In this document: piece by piece, positions 8,799 to 17,609 of the stretch
Layout of the letters: each line of letters begins with the position of its first letter
Numbering within the stretch: the first letter of the stretch is position 1
DNA from: an uncultured Treponemataceae bacterium
GTDB taxonomy: Bacteria; Spirochaetota; Spirochaetia; Treponematales; Treponemataceae
Direction of reading: 5' to 3'
NCBI GenBank assembly: GCA_964370655.1
Contig: CAYJKA010000001.1
Span: 12,660-50,459, forward strand
DNA length: 37,800 bases
The notes under the pieces: generated by a model
Told to the model about the DNA's origin: nothing
What the model saw: the letters and a program-made list of their open reading frames with translations, nothing else
The model's database searches: none
Translations under genes and position numbers: made by a program

Positions 8799-9683
8799 AT
8801 GGTTAGTATAAACCCAAGGTATACATCGTTATACTTTGTGGTGTTAACACTACTTATATTCTCAATTATTCCAAGTGCATTTGCGCAGTCGTTTGAAGTA
8901 CCTACAGGACAGAGAAATCTGTACTTTTATGGCCCTTCTGTTGATGCGTCAGACACTTCTAAAGTTCAACTTTCTACAGATCTTTATTATTCTCAATTTC
9001 AGCTAAATAATGACTTTGTATTGCATGATAGGCGCTCAATAGCGTATGAAACTTCAGTATTAGAGCAACATAACAATACTAATGATGTTATTTTTTATAA
9101 TGTAATGAGAGAAAACAATAAAAAATGGTATTCAAGCTTGTTCTTAATCGACTTTGCTACAAAGAAAGAAGTTACTGTAAAATATGTTTATGATGATTAC
9201 TATAAAATCCTATTGGAAGCAAAAGGTACTATTGAGGAACTGTTATTAGCGTATGTTTCTACAGACTCTCAAGAACTTGCCCCAAGCGCAGAAGTTGGCG
9301 TAGAAACTGTTAATACAATAACTGTTTCAAGCCTCTTTGGCACTTGGAAGGCCGAGAACTACATTGATAAAATTGTAATACTCAGAGGTGGCAAAGGTTT
9401 TGTAATCTTTGATAATGGTGCAAGTATGAATATTAGTGTAGAAGTATCGGGAAACCTATTTATTGCACGACAAGAGAGCAACTCAAATGCATCTTTTTTT
9501 CCAGAATTACCACGCGAAGTAGCTCTCGTTAAAGCATTGGATGTAAAACCGATAGTATGGGAATTAAATATTGAAAGTGAAGATTTGCTTGTTGGAGTTA
9601 AACAGTCATATAGTGCATCAGAAAATGCATCAGGCGAGTTTACCGTAGTAGAAGCAACAATACCAACAAGATGGTATCGCTAA
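8799..9683 (+). CDS. Hypothetical secreted protein
   Basis: 4 nt after the smpB stop. Signal peptide LYFVVLTLLIFSIIPSAFA-QS. No recognisable family. Confidence 0.55.
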   Translation: MVSINPRYTSLYFVVLTLLIFSIIPSAFAQSFEVPTGQRNLYFYGPSVDASDTSKVQLSTDLYYSQFQLNNDFVLHDRRSIAYETSVLEQHNNTNDVIFYNVMRENNKKWYSSLFLIDFATKKEVTVKYVYDDYYKILLEAKGTIEELLLAYVSTDSQELAPSAEVGVETVNTITVSSLFGTWKAENYIDKIVILRGGKGFVIFDNGASMNISVEVSGNLFIARQESNSNASFFPELPREVALVKALDVKPIVWELNIESEDLLVGVKQSYSASENASGEFTVVEATIPTRWYR

Positions 9684-9686
9684 AGG

Positions 9687-10244
9687 CTATACGTATATAC
9701 TTCCTTGACGTAAAACTGTAATTTTCCCCTTGCTAATATCTACAAGGGTAGATGGGATTGCTTTTTCATTGTTAACAATATTTCCATCTACAATACAGAA
9801 TACTTCTTTTTCAAACTCATCTTGTATTTCTTTTATACTGTTCAAAATAGGGCTTCCAGACCTATTTGTACTAGTTGAGTATAATGGCTTTTCGCATACT
9901 GTAATAAGTTTTTGAAGCCATTCGTCGTCAGGGCATCGAAAAGCAGTGGTGCCGTTGTCATGTATATTTTCAACTATTACAGTGATTGGGCCTGGCATAT
10001 GTTTTGATATTTCGCTTGGTATAATAGTTTTGGAATACATTTGAATATCACTCGGCTTTGATACTAGTTGGATAAATGGTTTAACTTCATCCCGTCCCTT
10101 AATCACCCTTATTGCACTGTCTGCTTCTGGAACAATGCCAGAAAAGCCATATACAGTATCTGTAGGTATAATTACAACTTTATTATCTTTGAGAGCTTGA
10201 GCAACAATTTCTATGCTATTGGGGTTAGACTTTTGCAGGATCAT
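9687..10244 (-). CDS. tsaC: L-threonylcarbamoyladenylate synthase, YrdC/TsaC-family (t6A tRNA modification)
   Basis: VVIIPTDTVYGFSG, FRCPDDEWL, LYSTSTNRSGSP and size (185 aa) fit the single-domain YrdC/TsaC family. Confidence 0.75.
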   Translation of the reverse strand: MILQKSNPNSIEIVAQALKDNKVVIIPTDTVYGFSGIVPEADSAIRVIKGRDEVKPFIQLVSKPSDIQMYSKTIIPSEISKHMPGPITVIVENIHDNGTTAFRCPDDEWLQKLITVCEKPLYSTSTNRSGSPILNSIKEIQDEFEKEVFCIVDGNIVNNEKAIPSTLVDISKGKITVLRQGSIYV

Positions 10245-10680
10245 ACGCTTTAAAACTCTTTTTTATATGTAGTAATGAGAATATTACGTTTATACAGAGA
10301 AACAAGGCAAAAGCAATTCCCTTTGAAAGCCAGTCGGGTATAAATATTATCTCTGGACGTAAAATTTTTGAGCCTGCATTATACACGAATGCAGGAGTAT
10401 CGGCAAAGCCACTTATTTTAAGTAATTTTTCACCTTCATTAACAAAGCCCATTTTTTTTGCATAGGCTTTTAATACACTTTCATCTTCTTTAAGAGCGCG
10501 AGAATCTATGGTTAATTGTTCATTAACGCTCTGTAAAGACACCACATGTTGTGCTAAGAGGATTTTGTGGTCTTGGAGCTGGTTGTAGGCCCAAATACCA
10601 TTTTGACCGCCTAAAACGGAAATACATACATACACGAAAACAGCGCAACAGGCTGAAAATAATAAATGAAATCGACTCAT
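10225..10680 (-). CDS. Septum-formation-initiator-like (FtsB/DivIC-type) membrane protein
   Basis: N-terminal TM helix (LLFSACCAVFVYVCISVL) followed immediately by a short coiled coil (YNQLQDHKILLAQHVVSLQSVNEQL), then YAKKMGFV as in FtsB/DivIC, plus an extra C-terminal TM. Overlaps the tsaC start by 20 nt. Confidence 0.45.
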   Translation of the reverse strand: MSRFHLLFSACCAVFVYVCISVLGGQNGIWAYNQLQDHKILLAQHVVSLQSVNEQLTIDSRALKEDESVLKAYAKKMGFVNEGEKLLKISGFADTPAFVYNAGSKILRPEIIFIPDWLSKGIAFALFLCINVIFSLLHIKKSFKAYDPAKV

Positions 10681-10727
10681 ATTTTCAATTTTCGGCTAAT
10701 TTCCTCTTTTCTTGAATATAAAAAGTA

Positions 10728-10736
10728 TGCTATAAT
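10728..10736 (+). promoter_or_regulatory. Possible extended -10 sigma-70 element (TGCTATAAT)
   Basis: TGcTATAAT at 10728-10736. The only TTGAAT lies 13 nt upstream, too close for a -35, so this would act as an extended -10 promoter. Confidence 0.3.
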
Positions 10737-10761
10737 AAAAAATAAGAAATTATTTTTTTAC

Positions 10762-10789
10762 TAAGTAATTCTTAGTATTGTGCCGATAT
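10762..10789 (+). promoter_or_regulatory. Sigma-28 (FliA/SigD)-type promoter: TAAG-16 nt-GCCGATAT
   Basis: GCCGATAT at 10782-10789 is an exact match to the sigma-28 -10 consensus (TAAA-N15-GCCGATAT/A). TAAG at 10762-10765 is one base off in sequence and one in spacing. Located 34 nt upstream of the RBS-supported ATG at 10823. Confidence 0.55.
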
Positions 10790-10822
10790 ATAAATGAATG
10801 CAATTTTACCATGGGAGTGGTT

Positions 10823-13060
10823 ATGTCAATAGAACAAGAAAAATTTGACGGTGAAAACACCGAAAGCTCACTTGAACAATATGGAGTTTGGGTTAAAAAA
10901 TCGCCAGCGGAAGAAAACGTAGAAGAAGTTCCACACATCGGTGATGAATCAACAGAGGACGATGATTCAATGTTAGATATCACTATGGATGATTTAGAAA
11001 CAGACTCTTTTGAGATATTCTCAGATGATGAAAATGTAACAGAAGAGAATTTTGACATAGGCTTTGATGAGGATGGTGATATGCAGTTAGATTCTTCAAT
11101 AGAGGATGACACATCTGACACTACGCTCACTTCTGATGAATTGCTTAATATTACAAGTGAAATGAATGAAGAAGAACCAGTTGAGAATAAAATTGAAGAC
11201 ACTGATAACTTGCAAGAACCTGTAATTGATGATATTGACTTTGATACATTTATGGATATGGACATAGAAGAAAACGATTCAGATTTTGAAGATACAGAAG
11301 AAAGTTTTGTAGTAGAATCTGATGAAAGTGCTGACTTTGATCTTATGACTGAAGAGGTTATTTCAAGCGAATCTACAGAAGTTGAAGAAGAAACAGTAGC
11401 AGTTTATGATGACACTGATGACTTCGATATATCTTTCGATGACTTTATGGAAGAAGACACAACAACAACGTATGCTGGAGAAGCTGATACAAATATACAA
11501 TCAGAAGAAATTGAGGTAGATGTAAGCTTTGATGATGAAGAAGAAGACATAACTGTTACTTCTAGTTCTGAAGAAGATTTTTCTATACCATCAGATGATG
11601 ATGAAGATATTAGCTTTATGGATATTCCAAACGTATCTGAAGAAACAGTAATGATTGATGAAACTGAAAATGAAGCTGAAATAGAGCAAAACATTATTCC
11701 AGAAGATGAAATGCCTATCGATTTTGGTGAAGAAATAACTCTTGATGACATTCCAGAATCAACAACTTCTACTGAAGTACAAGAAGAAGCAGCAGAAACA
11801 GTTCAAGATTATAATATACATATTGAATCTGAAGAAAATGCTCAAGTAGAAGAAACTAAGGGTGCAGATACAAACACAAATGATGTTTTATCACAAATTG
11901 TTTCTGAATTAACAAACTTGCGAAATGAAATGTCTCAGTTCAAATCTGAACTTGCAAAGATAAAAACTGATAAAACCGCTTCACCTGCGAAAAATAATGA
12001 TGGTGAAGAAGAGGGTGGGTTCTTTAGCGATTATGAAGGCGATGATACTATTGCCTTATCTGGAGATGAGCTAAACAATATTTTAACAAGTGCAGATTTC
12101 ACTGTTGATGATAATCCAGCTGAAGATGAATCTGATGATGTTGAAACTAATGATGAGAATATTGAAGAAACCATTGTAGAGGATTCTTCTTCTAATGAAA
12201 ATGAAACATTTGATATTAGTGAAGAAGCCGGAGATGACACTTTTATTGAAGATGAGTCATTTGAAATAGAAGATGATTATTTTTCAATTGAAAATACTGA
12301 AATGATGATTGAAGATAAGGAACTGGTTGAGCCTAGCCTTGAAAATATTGATTTTGACATGGATTCTGATGAAACCTTGCCAGATGAAATAGAAGTTCCA
12401 GTAATTGAAGATCTAGTAGTTGATTCATCTCCTGTTAATTTCTTTGATGATGAAGAAGATGAACCAAAAGAATTAGATGATACTTCAATGCAGTACCTTG
12501 CTGAAGAACCGGAGTCTGATGAAATATTCACTTCTGATGAAGCTGAAGCTGAAGTTGAAGTTAGTGAAACAGAAAATGAGATTGTTGATAATAGTGAAGT
12601 AGAGCAAGAAGATGTAACAATTTTTGAAACTGATTCAACTGAACCTACTGAGTCAACTTTTGAAGAAACACAGGTAGTAGATGAAGATTTTATCATAGAC
12701 GAACAAGAAGATGATTCTGATGATTCTTTTGATGCTATTGAAATAGACGAAAAACTATCACCTGAAATTAGTGATTCTGAAATAATAGATGGGTATACAG
12801 AACCTGATAGTAATGCTCCAGTTAGCTCAGTGTTTAATAGTGATCAGTGGGAAACAGCAATAGCTGAAGACGATAATGATATTGTTGAAGATGATGTTGT
12901 ATCAAATGTAAATACAGATATGCAAGAAGAAATTAAATCTGTTCTTGCATACATGGATAGATTGCTTGAAAGTTTACCAGAAGAAAAAATATCTGAGTTT
13001 GCTCAGTCTGAGTATTTTGGTCGATACAAGAAATTATTTACAGACTTGGGAATATCATAA
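10823..13060 (+). CDS. Hyper-acidic (D/E/S/T-rich) cytoplasmic protein of unknown function, about 745 aa
   Basis: ATG at 10823 lies 5 nt after GGGAGTGG; the track start at 10778 would lie inside the promoter. No signal peptide. Non-acidic islands occur only at the N-terminus (SLEQYGVWVKK), the middle (VLSQIVSELTNLRNEMSQFKSELAKIK, DDTIALSGDELNNIL) and the C-terminus (KSVLAYMDRLLESLPEEKISEFAQSEYFGRYKKLFTDLGIS). Confidence 0.7.
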   Translation: MSIEQEKFDGENTESSLEQYGVWVKKSPAEENVEEVPHIGDESTEDDDSMLDITMDDLETDSFEIFSDDENVTEENFDIGFDEDGDMQLDSSIEDDTSDTTLTSDELLNITSEMNEEEPVENKIEDTDNLQEPVIDDIDFDTFMDMDIEENDSDFEDTEESFVVESDESADFDLMTEEVISSESTEVEEETVAVYDDTDDFDISFDDFMEEDTTTTYAGEADTNIQSEEIEVDVSFDDEEEDITVTSSSEEDFSIPSDDDEDISFMDIPNVSEETVMIDETENEAEIEQNIIPEDEMPIDFGEEITLDDIPESTTSTEVQEEAAETVQDYNIHIESEENAQVEETKGADTNTNDVLSQIVSELTNLRNEMSQFKSELAKIKTDKTASPAKNNDGEEEGGFFSDYEGDDTIALSGDELNNILTSADFTVDDNPAEDESDDVETNDENIEETIVEDSSSNENETFDISEEAGDDTFIEDESFEIEDDYFSIENTEMMIEDKELVEPSLENIDFDMDSDETLPDEIEVPVIEDLVVDSSPVNFFDDEEDEPKELDDTSMQYLAEEPESDEIFTSDEAEAEVEVSETENEIVDNSEVEQEDVTIFETDSTEPTESTFEETQVVDEDFIIDEQEDDSDDSFDAIEIDEKLSPEISDSEIIDGYTEPDSNAPVSSVFNSDQWETAIAEDDNDIVEDDVVSNVNTDMQEEIKSVLAYMDRLLESLPEEKISEFAQSEYFGRYKKLFTDLGIS

Positions 13061-13075
13061 TCTTTAGTAGTAGTT

Positions 13076-14614
13076 ATGAAAATACGCCTTGAAACCGCAA
13101 AAAACGCTAGCGTAACCTGTACGGTTGATGGGCGTTTTTTGCATTCTAAGTACAATCCTGAAAATGAAGCGAAAAATTTTGTTGACTCAATTGAGTGCTC
13201 TTTTTCTCCATCTTGTATTATTATACTAGGAGCGTGTCTACCTTATTGTAATACGTATTTATTAGAGCGTTTTCCTGATGTTCCTTTATATGCAGTTTCT
13301 TATGCTTCAGACTTTCTTTCTAAAAAATTAAGTACATCATTTTCAAATCAGGAATATACAAAGCAGTTTATTTGTGATTGTGATACATCAAGCGATTTTC
13401 TAAGTGAAGAAATCTATTCAGCACTAGGTGAAATAACACTTCATGCAGCATTGGTAATAACTTGGAAGGTAAGCGATGAAGTTTTTCAAATGGAAAGCTC
13501 TGTCGCTTGGGATTCTATTCGTTATGTTTTGCAAAAGTCCAGAGATGTACTTGCTACACGTTCTTATTTTTCTCTTAGATGGCTAAAAAACTGTATACAT
13601 TTTTGTACTCATGCAACCCATTTTGTTACTATTCAGAGGCAGTCTTTGCCTATATTGCTAGTTGCATCAGGGCCTTCTTTAGACAGTGCCTTGCCAATTA
13701 TCAAGAAAAATATGGATAGATTTTTTATTCTTTCACTGTCTTCTTCATTGAAGGCCCTTGTTGATTATGGGATAATTCCAGATATGTGTATGTCAACTGA
13801 TGGCGGATATTATGCAAAGAGTCATATAAAGTTATTAGAATGTTTATCCTTAAAAGGCATTTATATCCCCTTAGCTGTAACTCCTGAAAGTAATGTTTCA
13901 ACTCGAATCTTGAAAAATAATCCTATTGTTGCACTAACCTATAATGATGGTCTAGAGAGTTCTTTATTAGAAAGGCTTAAAATTCCTGCAATGTTGTGTG
14001 AGAGAAATGGAAGTGTTAGTGGTACTGCAAGTAGCTTTGCTCTCTCAATAACAGATAAGAATGTTTATGCTGTAGGTTTGGACTTATGTAACGGGAAAGG
14101 GTATACTCATTCAAAAAGTAATGCACATGAAGTTATTAATTCTTTATCTGATTATAGGCTAAGTCCATTATCAAGTCGGGTTTGTAAGAATGTCTTTGCA
14201 TCTACTGGGGTAAGTGCTCTTTCACTATACAGACAATGGTTTGAAACGAGAGATTCTACTTTTGCCAAACGTTTCTATAGAGCAAGGTCTTGTGACTATG
14301 TGTATGAAAAAAAGCTTGGTGTAATAAAAGATATTTGCCTGGAAGATGTTGTTAGTAACTATGAGAATGAAAACAAAATTGAGAAAGTGCCTTGCGTACC
14401 TGTGTTCTCCGGCTGTGATATAAAAAAAAGAAAAGAAAATCTTTTAGAGATTATTATAAAAGAAAAAAACAATATGAGTACTGAATGGATTGAAGATTGT
14501 GCATTTAGTGAATATTTATTACTAAAAAAGTATCCTGCGTCTGATGAACATAAAAAAAAGTTAAGAGTAAAACTAGAAGAAGTGTTCAATATGCTTGAAG
14601 AGAGGTGTAGGTGA
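13076..14614 (+). CDS. Motility-associated-factor (Maf, DUF115/MptE-like) glycosyltransferase family protein, copy 1
   Basis: LLVASGPSLDSALPIIKK, FILSLSSSLKALVDYGIIPDMCMSTDGGYY and GSVSGTASSFALSI follow the GPSL ... D ... D-x-x ... GSV pattern of the DUF115 core of Maf proteins. Confidence 0.7.
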   Translation: MKIRLETAKNASVTCTVDGRFLHSKYNPENEAKNFVDSIECSFSPSCIIILGACLPYCNTYLLERFPDVPLYAVSYASDFLSKKLSTSFSNQEYTKQFICDCDTSSDFLSEEIYSALGEITLHAALVITWKVSDEVFQMESSVAWDSIRYVLQKSRDVLATRSYFSLRWLKNCIHFCTHATHFVTIQRQSLPILLVASGPSLDSALPIIKKNMDRFFILSLSSSLKALVDYGIIPDMCMSTDGGYYAKSHIKLLECLSLKGIYIPLAVTPESNVSTRILKNNPIVALTYNDGLESSLLERLKIPAMLCERNGSVSGTASSFALSITDKNVYAVGLDLCNGKGYTHSKSNAHEVINSLSDYRLSPLSSRVCKNVFASTGVSALSLYRQWFETRDSTFAKRFYRARSCDYVYEKKLGVIKDICLEDVVSNYENENKIEKVPCVPVFSGCDIKKRKENLLEIIIKEKNNMSTEWIEDCAFSEYLLLKKYPASDEHKKKLRVKLEEVFNMLEERCR

Positions 14615-16107
14615 GTACTTGCTATAATTCATGGAAAGTTGCTAAGACTGGAGAAAATATTCCTTGCTATATTGATGGTAAACCTTCGGCATCACTGTAT
14701 AATCCTGTGCGAGAAGCTGAGCAATTTGCTGAACAAATAGAAAGTGGTTTTACTGTAATTGTTGGTTATACCTCAGGGTTGCATATAGAAAAAGCGCGTG
14801 AAAAATTTCCTGAAAATAAAATCGTTGTAGTTGAAAAAGATGAAGACACTATTAATTTTTTGTGCAAATCTAACATGGTAAATATTCCAATTGATATAAC
14901 ATTATGCACAGTTAATGAAATTGAATGCACGCTATTACAATCATACCTTCCAGTCTTGGATGGAAATTTTTCACTTGTTCCTGTTCGTTCTTGGGTTGAT
15001 GCAAATAAAGATATTTTCGAGTCTATTAAGAGAATTGTTAATAGTACATTAGAACGCATTTCATCTGATATATCTGTTCAAGCGCATTTTGGAAAACTTT
15101 GGCATAGAAATATATTGAAAAATCTATCTATGTGTGAAAAAGCTAAAAATGATACTTTAATAGATGTATCTAAGTCATCTTTTCCTATAAGTAAGGCTGC
15201 TTTTGTTGCTGGCGCAGGACCCAGTCTCGATGAACATATTGATAAACTCAAAAGAAACCGTAAAGACTATTTTATTATAGCTACAGATACTGCTTTTCAT
15301 GCACTTTCTGAGCAAAATATAACGAGCGATGTAGTTGTTAGTGTTGACGCCCAATATATTTCTCAATACCATTATATGTGTGAAAAAAATGCTGATACGT
15401 TATTTGCATTTGATTTATGTGCAAACCCTATTGCTGTAACGCATCTTGTTGAAAGAGGAAATAAAGTCTGTTTTTTTAAAAGTGAACATCCGTTATGTTC
15501 ATTTATTGATGCATGGTATATGCGTGATGGTAAAGCAAGTTTCTTTCCAACTATTAGCAGTACAGGTGGGACAGTAACACTTGCTGCTCTTAATTTTGCT
15601 GCACTTGTTGGTTTTAATAATATAATAACTGCAGGATGTGATTTTGGATATTTGCATGGGAAAATGTATGGTAAGGGAATTTACATGGATAGTATATTTA
15701 ATTCTCGTTCTTGTAAAATTAATACATGTGAAAATGAATATTTATCTATTATGTATAGAACCCCATTAATCACTACAGGGCATATAAAAACGACTAAGCT
15801 ACTGCAAGTGTATAAAAAAGCATACGAGGCTTTCTTTACTGAAAGAACAAGTTTTGATAATGTTTCTGCATCTGAAAATAAAATAGACTATCACTACAAA
15901 AAGGCTTTTCCATCAAATGATTTTCTATCACACTATATTAATTCCTTACAAAATGGTTTTAAAGAAGAAAATACTAGTTATGACAATAGTCTCTTAGCCA
16001 CATTGCTACCTTATGTTGCATGGTATAACGCAAAGAATTTTGAACAAATAGGTATAAAAAATTTTTTTGAAATTGGTATAAATGCAACTATACATTTTTT
16101 TAGATAA
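14611..16107 (+). CDS. Motility-associated-factor (Maf, DUF115/MptE-like) glycosyltransferase family protein, copy 2
   Basis: GTG start overlapping the upstream stop (GTGA). FVAGAGPSLDEHIDKLKR, YFIIATDTAFHALSEQNITSDVVVSVDAQ, GGTVTLAALNFAALVGFNNIITAGCDFG. Same domain order as copy 1. Confidence 0.7.
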   Translation: MSTCYNSWKVAKTGENIPCYIDGKPSASLYNPVREAEQFAEQIESGFTVIVGYTSGLHIEKAREKFPENKIVVVEKDEDTINFLCKSNMVNIPIDITLCTVNEIECTLLQSYLPVLDGNFSLVPVRSWVDANKDIFESIKRIVNSTLERISSDISVQAHFGKLWHRNILKNLSMCEKAKNDTLIDVSKSSFPISKAAFVAGAGPSLDEHIDKLKRNRKDYFIIATDTAFHALSEQNITSDVVVSVDAQYISQYHYMCEKNADTLFAFDLCANPIAVTHLVERGNKVCFFKSEHPLCSFIDAWYMRDGKASFFPTISSTGGTVTLAALNFAALVGFNNIITAGCDFGYLHGKMYGKGIYMDSIFNSRSCKINTCENEYLSIMYRTPLITTGHIKTTKLLQVYKKAYEAFFTERTSFDNVSASENKIDYHYKKAFPSNDFLSHYINSLQNGFKEENTSYDNSLLATLLPYVAWYNAKNFEQIGIKNFFEIGINATIHFFR

Positions 16108-16141
16108 ATGTTATAATATAATAGGATAGGAGAGGGTTCTT

Positions 16142-17599
16142 ATGGGTGGCGAAAAAATTAAATATTTTGCATATACAGGAATAGCAGTTTTTGGTATTGC
16201 TGTTATATATTTTGTAATATCTTTATATATTACTATGGTTAACGGTGAATCTAGATCTCAAAGTGAGTTTTCTTCTTTTGTGCAGCAGTCAGATATTTAT
16301 GCATATTCATCATTAGCTACAGAATCTGATGTAGAAAACTACTATAACAATATTAAAAAGTCTATCGACGAAAACTCTTACATACTTGCTGCAATAATAA
16401 ATGTTGCTCAAGATCCCGTTTTTGCATATCCCATTTCTTCAAGTGTAATAGAGGTAAGTTCAGAAAACAAGCCTGTGCTACTTAGCTCATCTCCAATGCT
16501 AAAAACTTATTCAATGTCGTTACCTAGTTTTAATGGGCAAATTGTAGTACTTAGTGCTGTTAGTTATGTTTTACGTCCACAAGATATATATAATTCTGCA
16601 CGGGTATCTTTTTTAATTATTCTTGCATATACTCTTTCCTTAATTGTTATTATTATTTATTCAACACTAACAAAAGAAAGCTCAAATGTTACACGGAAGG
16701 TTGTTATACTCGATACGGAAGATACCGATACCGATGATACAACAATCACAACAGATACAAATGATACTACTACAGATGCGCCAGAACCAATTCCTGTTGT
16801 TTTTAGAGAGCAGGATAGTGCGTGGGATGATTTTTTTGTAGGTACAGAAGACTCTCCTGTAGCAATGACTGAAGAATCTCCAGTAGACTCTGATGTAGAA
16901 CCTAGTGTTACAAATGCAAAAGAGCGTGAAGAGGCACTAAGTAAGGACAACCGCACTGATGAAGAGTTTGAAAGCAATTTTGTAAATGATTTTATACATG
17001 AAAGTATAGAAAATGACTCAGATACAGAAGATTCGCACACAGATAGTGCACCTGCAATAAACGAAGACAATACAGCGTCTCAATTAAATGACCCAATGGG
17101 GCTTTTTTCGGATACAACAGGTGTAGGATGGGAGTCTTATTTAGAAACACGACTTGACTCAGAATTAAAACGCTCTGCTTCATCAGAACAAGACCTTGCA
17201 TTGATGTTTATTAAAATACGCGGCATTGAATCTAATCCAACTGCAAAAAAGAAAGTTGCTACATTACTTATTGATTATTTTAAATATCGAGATTTTGTTT
17301 TCGAACATGAAAAGGATGGCTTCGTTGGAATTATGCTTGATGTAAATTTAGATCAAACAATGGTTTTAAGCGAAGAATTATTCAAACATTTAGAGTATTT
17401 GATGCTTATTGAGGGTGTTACAGCAAAAATTGGTATTGGTATTTCAACTCGTTCTCTTCGCATTTTACCTGGTAGTCGAATAATCGAAGAAGCAAGTGAA
17501 GCTGTTACACGCGCATTTGCAGAAGAAGGAATTCCAATAGTAGCTTTTAGAGTGAATCCAGAAAAATACAGACAATATGTATCAAACACACCACTTTAG
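16142..17599 (+). CDS. Two-TM membrane protein with a T/D-rich linker and a C-terminal degenerate GGDEF-like domain
   Basis: RBS GGAGAGGG. TM1 YTGIAVFGIAVIYFVISLYITMV and TM2 VSFLIILAYTLSLIVIIIYSTL flank a loop of about 120 aa. The C-terminal roughly 160 aa follow the GGDEF fold pattern (DLALMFIKIRG ... FEHEKDGFVGIML ... KIGIGIS), with EKDGF in place of GG(D/E)EF and KIRG in place of the DxD metal site. Confidence 0.55.
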   Translation: MGGEKIKYFAYTGIAVFGIAVIYFVISLYITMVNGESRSQSEFSSFVQQSDIYAYSSLATESDVENYYNNIKKSIDENSYILAAIINVAQDPVFAYPISSSVIEVSSENKPVLLSSSPMLKTYSMSLPSFNGQIVVLSAVSYVLRPQDIYNSARVSFLIILAYTLSLIVIIIYSTLTKESSNVTRKVVILDTEDTDTDDTTITTDTNDTTTDAPEPIPVVFREQDSAWDDFFVGTEDSPVAMTEESPVDSDVEPSVTNAKEREEALSKDNRTDEEFESNFVNDFIHESIENDSDTEDSHTDSAPAINEDNTASQLNDPMGLFSDTTGVGWESYLETRLDSELKRSASSEQDLALMFIKIRGIESNPTAKKKVATLLIDYFKYRDFVFEHEKDGFVGIMLDVNLDQTMVLSEELFKHLEYLMLIEGVTAKIGIGISTRSLRILPGSRIIEEASEAVTRAFAEEGIPIVAFRVNPEKYRQYVSNTPL

Positions 17600-17609
17600 T
17601 GGTAAGTTT

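Noticed and set aside
10750-12696. Four long minus-strand ORFs (171, 115, 69 and 139 aa), extremely Ser-rich, antisense to the acidic-protein gene
   Set aside because: They are the mirror image of GAA/GAT/GAG-rich coding sequence, since antisense TTC/ATC/CTC and TCx codons yield S/I/F-rich frames free of stops. They have no RBS and low-complexity composition. The first one would run through the sigma-28 promoter region.
14422-14559. Two A8 homopolymer runs in the 3' part of Maf copy 1, considered as Campylobacter-style phase-variation tracts
   Set aside because: Campylobacter maf phase variation uses poly-G/C tracts. Here there are none in either maf gene. A8 runs are common background in this A/T-rich DNA, for example inside flhF at 2549-2556 and smpB at 8705-8712.
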